A stretch of 64,000 nucleotides of DNA from Paraspadella gotoi (Eukaryota; Animalia; Chaetognatha). Made by a program: the position numbers and the translations under genes. The stretch is taken from positions 10,803,700 to 10,867,699 of the forward strand of contig CM119266.1 in the NCBI GenBank assembly GCA_051294375.1, written 5' to 3'. A model generated the notes under the pieces. It did no database searches. It was given only the letters and a program-made list of their open reading frames with translations, and was not told the origin of the DNA. Every line of letters starts with the position of its first letter. Position 1 is the stretch's first letter. Shown here in pieces: positions 54,620-64,000 of this stretch.

Positions 54620-57600
54620 AAAGAAACCTCTTAATCGCATTAAAGTCAGTGAGCGGAATGTTCGCGTTTGAAGGCTCGTGGGGGACCGATCTCCGGATCC
54701 CATCAGGTGGCCGATAGGTGACGTCATTATAAAGCGCTCCGATTGCGCCCAGGGGCCCCGGGGCTAGGAGGGCCGTGCACGTTTCCACCCAGTCGAGTGG
54801 AGAGATGATCGTTCCTCAAAAAAAAATGAGTGTAAATGAGAGGATGGGCCCAGCGAATTAAAGTTTCTGTTCGCAAACCGGCGTACTTAAGATTTCTGTT
54901 CTTTTCGGGGGTTTTCCTTCTCTTACAAAATCCTAGTATTTTCTTTCCTTTTAATTTCATTTTGGCTTCCTTGTCAGACGGTTCCTATCTTCCTCAACCT
55001 CTCAGTTCAACTCTAGAGCTCACTATTTCTCCTGCGCCATCTTTGCCACCCACAGTTTTCTGCTACTCAATGGACGTTTTTACCCGCCAGACAGGAAAAC
55101 CACCAACAAAAACAACTAATCAACAACAAAAACAACAACAGAAACAAGTTTCAACCTGACAACAACGGAGACAACGGACAGGCGATTGAGAAGTAACCAA
55201 CACAGAAAGCCGAGGTTTGCAACGACGTTTAGCTGGCACCCGCTACCCTTCAATCACACCTCACTGACTTCTTCTCACCTCTCTTCTCCAGACACCATCG
55301 CCTCCTGACATTTCAGCCTTCAACCCTACCCAACCTCACCTTCGGCCACCCTTCACGACCCTCGCCGACCCCGAGCCCCCTATCGCCCTCCCTCCCCCCG
55401 ATTTCTCGAGAATCATTTTTCCTCGAATCTTCTCCCCCATTTCGTTATGCGTAGAAGTTAAGTCCCTCCGCGGGGCACCTGGTTCGTTCAAGCGCGGGGT
55501 GTAAGGGTCTGGTGGCACAGAGAGAGGAGAGAGACGATGAGAGAGAGAGAGGATGAGAGAGCGAGAGAGAGAAGCAGAAGAGCGAGAGAGAGAGAGACAT
55601 TGAGAGAGCGAGAGAGAGAGAGAGAGGAGGAGAGATGAGAACGGAGGACGGCATGTGAGACGGATTCCGGATTCACGACTGAAAAAAACCTCCCAAGTGG
55701 ACTTTTTTTTAAAATTTCGAAAAAAAAAAAGAAAAATATGAAACGAGTTTTATGAAGGAAAAAAGTTGGATCCTGAAACTGGAAAAAATTTAAAAAAAGT
55801 AAAAAATGCACAAAAAAGCGGAAAAAGAAACGAAGAAAAAAGAACATTATCGGTTTCGTCCTAGCTGCGGTCGTCCCTCGCTGCGGCTGCGCCTGGTGCC
55901 CCCGTCAGTTGCTGCTTGCCTCAATAGCAGCTGGTTGCTTACTTCGAACAAATTCATTTGCAAAGTTTTACAGCATCAGTTTAATAAAGAAGCAAAAGAA
56001 ATGTTAATTACTTAAACACCCAATGTCGTAACTGTCAATATCCACCACATAATTATTTACTAGAAATTTAAGGAGGTTCCACCGCTTAGTAGAAATTGGG
56101 ACAAAACATTATTGACCTAGGATCATTGATCAAAGATGGACGAAACTTTCAATAAGAACCAAAGATGACATTCCAAAATGCAATAATATAAATGAACAAT
56201 GAAGTTGAGTCAAATTCTAATAGAAAAAAGAATAAAAAACAAAATTAAATGGAATCTAAATTCTAAATGAAAGAAGGATAAAATTAAAGCTGAAATGGAC
56301 TATCCCCTCAATTCTGGGTCTCAAGTTCCCCTCCCTCCCTCCCCCTCCCCCCCCCCCCCCCCCCCAAAAAATAAAAAACTCTTCGGATTCTTTCCCGAGA
56401 AAAAAAGAAAGGAAAGTCGTCGGGCGCCAACGTGTGAACACCCCAACTCCTGACCAGATGAGAGACCTTCAAAAAGAAAAAAAGAAGAAAATAAGCAGAA
56501 AACAATTAAAAAGGCGCGGGTGAATTAGAAAAAATTATATACAGAATTAGAAAAAATTTCAACAGATAGAACGAGAAAAAAAAAAAAGATAAGCAGGAGA
56601 AAGAAAACAATTAGAGGCCTTCAACACAATAATATACTCGATTTAAAGTAAAAAATTAAATATCGAACAAAAAAGACCAAACGTAAATACGAGCTAAAAA
56701 AAGATAAAAAAAAAAATATAAAAAAAAAAATAAAAAAAAACACCGGAGAAAGATTTCCGTAAACGACCGAACCGATACAAAAAAAAAAAAACTTTACGAA
56801 CAAAACGAAACTACTGATCAACTTAAATCTCACAATAATATAACGAGAACAAACAATAGAAACGACACAAAAAGAAAAAAGATAACGGAGATTAAGGGAA
56901 TAAAAGAGGAAAAAGGAAAAGAAGAAAGTAGGAAGAAGTAGAGGGAAAAAAAATATGGTGACGCATAAATAAGATAAGAAAAATAATGAACTAACGAAAT
57001 TTCGAAAGGAAGAAAAAAGAAGAAAGAATAAAAAAAAAAAAATCACAAAAAAAAAGAAAAAAAACAACAGAAATCAAAAACTGTGACACTAGAAACCTAT
57101 TCGGAAAAAATCATTAAGATAAAAAAAAAACTAATAAAAAAATAATAAAAAAAAAAACAAAAAAGAAATCTCTTAAAGAATGTTCCTGCGAATACAACCA
57201 TTAAGAAACGAGATGGTATTCTTAATGAATAACCAGTAAAATAAAAGAAAAACACAAAAAAAAAAGGAAATCAAAAGAGAGGGAAAGAGAAAAGATAATA
57301 ATAAAAAAAAAAAAGCTTAGGAAATATATACAATATCGAAAAATAAAATTAAAAAAAGATCGTTATGATTAAAATCAATACAGTAAATTAGAGAAGTAGA
57401 AAATATAAAAATAAAAAAAAAAAAAAAAATTAAAAAAAAAAAAAAAAGATAAAAAAAAAAAATGAAGAGAAAAAAAACGCAAAGAAGAAAAAAAGAGGAA
57501 GGGGGAAATAATTTAAAGAAATTAAAGGAAAAGAAATATTAAACAAATTAAATATAAAAATAAAAGAAAAAGCGGAAAAAAAAAAAAATATAGAAGGAAA

Positions 57601-58925
57601 TTAAAAAAAATCTAGTACGGCAAGATGAACAAGACCAAAAAAAATATTAAAAATAAAAAATTAAAACTAAGGAATAAGGAAAAATACTGAACAAGAAAAC
57701 AGAAAAAAAAAAACACAATAAAAAAAAAAAAATAAAAATAAAAAAAAAAAAAACTAAAAGAAGAAAGAAAAAAAAAAAAAAAATAAAAAAAGAAAGAAAA
57801 CAAGAAAATATCTTCAACACCAGATAATCAATAGAAAAGAGAGAAAAAAAGGACTAGCGTCTAACAGAAGAAAAACAATAAGTTAATAGTTCGGTCGCTT
57901 GGACCTGCGGAAACCGTCGCTGAATATGAGAAGGGTCCGTTCAAGCTCCGGGGAACTTCTGGACCAGGATCGTAGACATTCAAAAAAGAAAAAAAAAAGA
58001 TAATAAAAAAAAAGATATATACGGCCGAGTATTTAAAAGACACAACAAAAAAAAACAAAAAAATTCAAAGAAATCTAAAACGATAGTCCGTGCAAAAGAT
58101 ACCCAGAAAAAAAAAAGAACAAAAATAGGGAAGTCGTGTTCTTGCGTGTTTGACACCTTGACAAGATGAGAATCAAAAAGAAGAAAAAAGAAAAAAAAGA
58201 AATGATACAAAAGAAAAAAAAAAAAGAAAAAAGGAAAGTACAAAATGAAAAAAAAAGACAGTCGTCGGTGACCTGACCAGACTTGAGACTTAAAAATAGA
58301 AAAAAAAATATAATAAATAAGAAAAAAAGAGAAAAAATAGAAAAAAAGAACTAAAAAAAGAAAATCGTCGGTTGACTGAACCAGATGAGATTCAAAAAAA
58401 CGGTAGAAAAAAGAAAAAATAGAAAAAAAGAAAAAAAATGAAAAAAAAAAAAAAAAGAAAAAAGGAGAAAAAAAAAGAAAAAAAAGAAAAAAAAAAAAAA
58501 GAAAAAAAAGAAAGTCGTGGTTGACCTGACCCAGATGAGAGATTCAAAAAAGAAAAAAAAAAAAAAAGAAAAAAGAGAAAAAAATAGAAAAAAAAAGGAA
58601 AAAAAAGAAAAGTCGTCGGTTGACTGACCAGATGAGATTTCAAAAAAAGAAAAAAAGAAAAAAAAAAGGAAAAAAGAGAAAAAAAAGGAAAAAAGAAAAA
58701 AAGAAAGGTCGTCGGTTGACCTTGGACCAGATTGAGATTCAAAAAAGAAAAAAACACGAAAAAAAGAAAAAAAAAGGAAAAAAGAAGTTCGTCGGTTGAG
58801 ACTGACCAGATGAGATTTCAAAAAGAAAAAAAGGGAAAAAAAAAAAACAAAAAGAAAGAAAAAAACAAAAAAAAAAAAAAAAAAAAGAAAACAAAAAAAA
58901 AAAAAAAAAAAAAAAAATGAAAAAG

Positions 58926-58962
<37 letters not shown>

Positions 58963-58975
58963 AAAAAAAAAAAAG

Positions 58976-59021
<46 letters not shown>

Positions 59022-59682
59022 AAAAAAAAAACAAAAAAACAAAAGAGAATAAAAAAGAAAAAAAAGGAAAAAAAGAGGGGGAAGAGGGGAGGGAGAAGGA
59101 AAAGGAGAGGAGGAAAGAGGGAAAAAAAAGAAAAAAAAAGAAAGTCCCGTCGGTTCTGACCTGACCAGATGAGATTCAAAAAAAGAAAAAAGAAAAAAAA
59201 AAAGGAAAAAAAGAAAAATAAAAGGAAAAGAAAAAAGAAAAAAAAGAGAAAAAAGAAAAAGAAAAAAAAAAGAAAAGTCGTCGGTTGATCCTGACCAGAT
59301 GAGATTTCAAAGAAGAAAAAAAAAAGAGAAAAAAAAAAAAAAAAGTGAAAAAAAAAAAAAAGAAAAAAAAGAAAAAAACAAAGGAAAAAAAAAAGAAAAA
59401 AAAAAGAAAAAAAAGAGAAAAAAAGAAAAAAAAAAAAAAAAAGAAAAAAAGAAAATACAAGAGAATAAAATAAGAAAAAAAAGAAAGGTCGAATCGCGTT
59501 GACCTGACAGATGAGAATATTCAAACTCAGTATCTTCCGCGCTTCAGAATGAAAAGAGGGAGAAAGAACCAAGGAAAAAAAAAGGAAAGCGAAAAAAAAA
59601 AAGAAGGAAATAGGGAAGAACGGGATAATTCCAAATGAGTCGCTCTCGAACTCAAGCAGTGTTGCTTATCTCTCTTCTCTTG

Positions 59683-59732
<50 letters not shown>

Positions 59733-60666
59733 TTCTCTCTGCCTAAATTGCGACAAGAAGATTCCCTCCGGTGCCGTGATCTGCCTCAGCCTTGCCGCGT
59801 CTGCGTTTGTCATGAGACAAATTAAAGGAAATGAAAAAAAAGAAAGAAAAAAAAACAGAAAAAAAGAGAGTGAAGAACATTTAAATCAAGCGTCGAGAGA
59901 CGAAAGACCTTTTGCGCGATTCACTTCGCTTTCCTCTTTTTTTCTTTTTCTCCTTTTTTTTCTCGTCTATTTTTCCTCTTCTTTTCTCTCTAATGTTTTT
60001 TTTTTTCTATTATTATTTTCTCTCTTTTTACTTTATCTTTGTTTCTCCGCTTACTTTTTTTGTTTATTCTTTTTTTTCTCCTTTCCTTTGTTCCCTTCTC
60101 CTCCTATTTATTTTTTTCTGCTCTCTCAAACACGATTACTGTTCGTCACGTTTTTAGCGACCCTCACATCTTTTCCTTCTCCCATTCCTCAACCGCAATT
60201 TCGCCACTGCAACAACTTCGCGATGTCCACGCTGTCAACGAACTTTCTAACGACATCACGACGATGGCGACGCAGAAACTCATTGTCGCTCGCGCTTTGC
60301 TTCCGACGATGAAAAGGCGTTAATGAAGCGGCGGCCGATCAGAAATGACGCCGATGGAATCAAGCCGACAAATAGGCGACCAACGAGATCCGGCGTGCGA
60401 GCTGACGTCGCAGCCAATTCGACGCCCAATTAACACGTCGAACCGACCAATCAGATACGAATTTATCGCAAGTTAAACTTGCTACGACCAATTAAACGAC
60501 GTCATTTCGTTTAGGCGCCAAGCTGTTCGCGCTCGGCCAATCAAGCAACGTGCAATCAGAACGAACGCCAGAGCAAACGCAAGCACGCTAACGATTAAAT
60601 TTAAGTAGACGATCGTGGGGAGGCGAACGGGGAATGCGATGATAATTTATTATAAGTAATCATCCG

Positions 60667-60680
<14 letters not shown>
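54620..60680 (+). repeat. Duplicate of ~26174-30470, with the internal block ~55290-59500 inverted relative to ~26731-28686
   Basis: 54620-55290 matches 26174-26730 directly. 55290-56460 is the reverse complement of ~27710-28686. 59480-59665 matches 28724-28895 and 59735-60680 matches 29550-30470 directly. Confidence 0.9.
56416..59525 (-). repeat. Second copy of the same minisatellite array in the opposite orientation (A-rich on +), partly degraded to noise at ~56500-58100
   Basis: gtcgtcggttgacctgaccagatgagattc-like cores near 56416, 58132, 58261, 58364, 58514, 58612, 58708, 58788, 59143, 59277 and 59488. Confidence 0.9.
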
Positions 60681-60708
<28 letters not shown>

Positions 60709-60799
60709 TCTCCTCTCTCTCTCTTCTCTCTCTCTTTTCTCTCTTCTGGAAGGATCAATAGAGGATTTGCTCGTTAACATTTCTCTCATTTAAGAGCCA

Positions 60800-61169
60800 C
60801 CAAGCGCCGTCTGAAGGCGGAAAAGCGAAAGAGCCGAGACAGAGAGAGCGAGAATGGTAGAGCGAGAGAGGGACCGATTCCCAGTGCGAGACGCAGTCTG
60901 TTCGCGAAAAACCGGCCGAGTACAACAATAACCATTGTCATGGAAAATTGGCGCAGATAGAGCGGAGATTGAGAGAAGAGAGAGAGACGAGAGAGAGACA
61001 GAGAGAGAGAAGAGTAGAGAGGAGAGATAGAGAGAGAGAGAGAGAGAGAGCAAAAAATCAGTTGTCGGGGATGATTGAAATAAAACATTGGTATGGCCGA
61101 TCGGCCAGTAAAAATCAATAAAGAATGCAAATGATGCCTGTTTTCATTCTTTCTTTCTCCTCTTTCTCT

Positions 61170-61244
<75 letters not shown>

Positions 61245-64000
61245 ACACAACATTCTCTCGATCTTTACTGAATCCGACGACGGCAAAAACGTCATGAATG
61301 AACGGAATGAAATTTTGCGAATAAATTGAATTTGAAAGATGCACGTTTAAATTAAAAAAGACAGTCTCCTTCATCGCGGAGGCGGATAATCGGTCGCGCG
61401 GCGACTGCGGCGGCGCGCGGCGGCCCAGGCTGCGCGCGGCGGCACGTGGTCGGGAAAGACTAGAGAGGAGACGGAGAAATGGCGGCGAGAAGAAACCGCG
61501 AACGAAATCACGGTTGGAAAAAATAGAAGAAAAGAATAGGAACGGGGAAAGGAGCGAGGAGAAGAGAGACAGTGAGCCGACGAGACGACGACGAGAGAGG
61601 AAGTAAGAAGATCGAGACGACCGGGGAGGTAAAGAAAGAGAGAGAGAGAAAAATCTCTGTTGACTTTCTCGAAGGCCGGCTTCTCTAGCACGCTCCTGAT
61701 CTGATACGCCTGGCAGCGCTGATTATAATTGACAGGGGGGGATGAACAAGGTGAGAGGAGAGGAAGAGGAGGGAGTGGAGGAGGAGGATAGGACCGGAGT
61801 GGGAGGGAAGGAGGATGGATTCGCATGAAGAAGAGATTAGTTGGGGTTGAAGAAGCGAAGGACGGAGGAAAAAAAAAGAAAAAAAAAGGAGAGAAAAAAG
61901 GAAAGGAAAGAATAAAATGAAAGAAGAGAAGTTTTGATATCAAAGTTTGGAATGGGTTTTATTTTAGATAATTTTTATTTTTAGTGTTTAATATCAATGA
62001 TCGTTACTATGATAATGTCTTTATATGAACATGGTTTAATCATAATGTCCATATTTGCTATAATTTCTGGCAAATGGCAAATCTCGGAAACAAAGGAGTC
62101 TCTCAATTATGCGCTCTTCCGCTTTCCGATCGAAACAGTGAACGACTCGCAAAAGTATCTTTGTCCGAGGGCAGTCGAAGGGATTCAACTTTTCCGAATT
62201 TCCTGAGAAACGAGGAAAGTTTCGGTATCGAGGAAGAACGACTCAGATTCTAATATTATTTTTTTTAAATTAAGCGGCGAAAAAGGTAAAAGATTGAGTG
62301 AAAACCTCTGTGCATTAAAAATTAGGGAACTGGGTCGGACAGATTTACGTCTTTTACGAGATGACTCTTTTGATATCAGTTCTTTTGGGAATTGCAATTT
62401 AAGAATGGAATGAGGAGAGTATATGATAAAGAATAGAGACGAAGAGAGAGATAAGAGAGATAGAGAGTACATTGCACGACAACAAACTTATATTCAACTT
62501 CCGGTCGTCAAAGACGAATAAAAATAACATTGCGCTCCTCTCTTATATTTCTTACTAAGGAAAATGAAAAAAAATAAAAATTTTAAAACAAAATTCTATT
62601 AGATGAGTCATGCCTCGGGTATAAAAAAAGTTAATCTGCGCCGACGATTAAGTCATTTATTAGAACCTACGGATAGGAGGTAAGGGAGTGGGTGCGAGAG
62701 AAGAGAGAGGAGAGAATGATAAAGAAATAAGGAAAGAGAATGAAAATAAGGAAAGAAAAGGGAAAAGGGAAGTTTAAGGAAAAAAGTTGAACGATGAAAA
62801 AAAAAAAAGATAAAAGGGTTTTTTGAGGAGGAAATTCCACCTTGCGACTAATACTTTTTTCGGCGCCGAAGATTGCAAAAAAAATGTTCTGGCGCCGTTC
62901 CAGAGAATGGCAAGATGGCAAGATGGCAGCCCTCTGTTGGAACCTCATGCCTGGCGAGATACCGTTTTTTTTTACTGAGAATAAGAATATGGTATTCACT
63001 CATATGGTCAGACTGCAGATTAGTGAGTTCCATTGCGATGGCGATTGGGAAAATCATATATAATTATCTATCCTTAAGTTATTCGCCATTCCTTTCCATC
63101 ACTGGTACAAAATTCGAAAGAGCGGGCTATATTATTACTATAATTGATCGCTCTGAAAAAACTGGCAGACTAGCCTGGAATCTAATAGTTAATTCACATC
63201 CTGTTTAATAATTCAGCAAGAGAAAAAGTGCAGGAAATAATACGGATGCTCTCATCTGTCAGATGAAAAACGTATCTGTGTGTAAAACGGACGCTCACTC
63301 TCAGACTTTATTTTTAAGAATGCGTGCCACTATCAGATTCGAAATTCCGTTCGAGCCTCCACCAATCAAACGTCGAGATAGGTCTAGACGACGTCGACGA
63401 CGACGACGTTAGAACTCATCTTTAGAATTTAATTCCGAAAAAATTTTATTTACTTTTTTCTTCATTCTGCCGGAAATGATGGAATCGCCTAGTTTCGTTC
63501 CGGCGCCATCCGCCGACGAATTCCTCCGGCTGCTGCCATCTTTCTTATTTTTTCCTTCTTTTTTAATGAAAAGCGAAATTGAAGAAAAAAAAAGTATGAT
63601 GGTTTAAATTGAGACCTGAAAGGCAACGACTCGTCTTATCAAAGAAAACGGCCCCAATTTTTTTTTGTACATCGTGATTAATTCGAGAGTTTCGGCGCCA
63701 AAGTTTATTATTAAAATGTTGATGTTTTTTAAAGAGATTTTTTCTCTAGATTTATTAGTTTTCAAAGTTAATCGTTAGTGAAGTTTTAAAGCCTAATTTC
63801 AAAATTTATCTCAAAAGATTCTACATCGAGTCGTCCTTGCCCTCTCGTTTTATAAATGATTAAGTTAAGCGTATAATTTATTAACGCGAAAGAGCTCTTA
63901 ATCGCAGCAAGTATAAAATATAATAAATATATTAAATAGGTACCCTCGCCCCCTCGCTCAAGTTCCTTTCTTTCCCCATCGACGTTTATGAAAAAAAAAA
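60800..64000 (+). repeat. Duplicate of ~37300-40780 (direct); part also present inverted at ~28921-29500
   Basis: 61650-64000 aligns closely with 38385-40780 (e.g. agatggcaagatggc, gatggaatcgcctagtttcgttc, aagttcctttctttccccatcgacg). 37300-38300 is a noisy version of 60800-61560. Confidence 0.9.

Noticed and set aside
58360-59310. Tandem hammerhead ribozymes on the A-rich strand (gaaa-gtc...cagatgag)
   Set aside because: The core reads CAGAUGA or CUGACCA rather than CUGANGA, and stems I, II and III cannot form around it.

Overview
Eukaryotic (probably invertebrate metazoan) genomic DNA from a gappy, error-rich draft scaffold with 13 N-gaps. It is dominated by (GA/CT)n and (GAC/GTC)n microsatellites and T/A-rich low-complexity sequence, so nearly all ORFs in the track are spurious. 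The only recognisable host gene is a poly(rC)-binding protein (PCBP/alphaCP/mub-type KH-domain) gene on the minus strand, with two intact phase-0 exons (15749-15805 and 6233-6475). A frameshifted mirror copy of the larger exon lies at 70-318, inside a ~3.2 kb-arm inverted duplication. A near full-length but heavily frameshifted LINE (gag zinc knuckles, APE endonuclease, RT) sits antisense in the intron at ~8.3-13.9 kb. A tRNA-derived SINE-like element lies at ~48.9-49.2 kb. Much of 22-41 kb and 54-64 kb is the same sequence present two or three times, with inversions and indel noise, most likely assembly redundancy. The most interesting signals concern splicing and are hypotheses only: a consensus recursive-splice-like site (long AG-free tract + CAG|GTAAGT) at 41089/41090 on the gene strand; C-rich acceptor tracts before both PCBP exons (possible autoregulation); and a repeat-spacer minisatellite of a 30-nt core separated by poly-pyrimidine tracts. 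I found no firm evidence for a new biological system.
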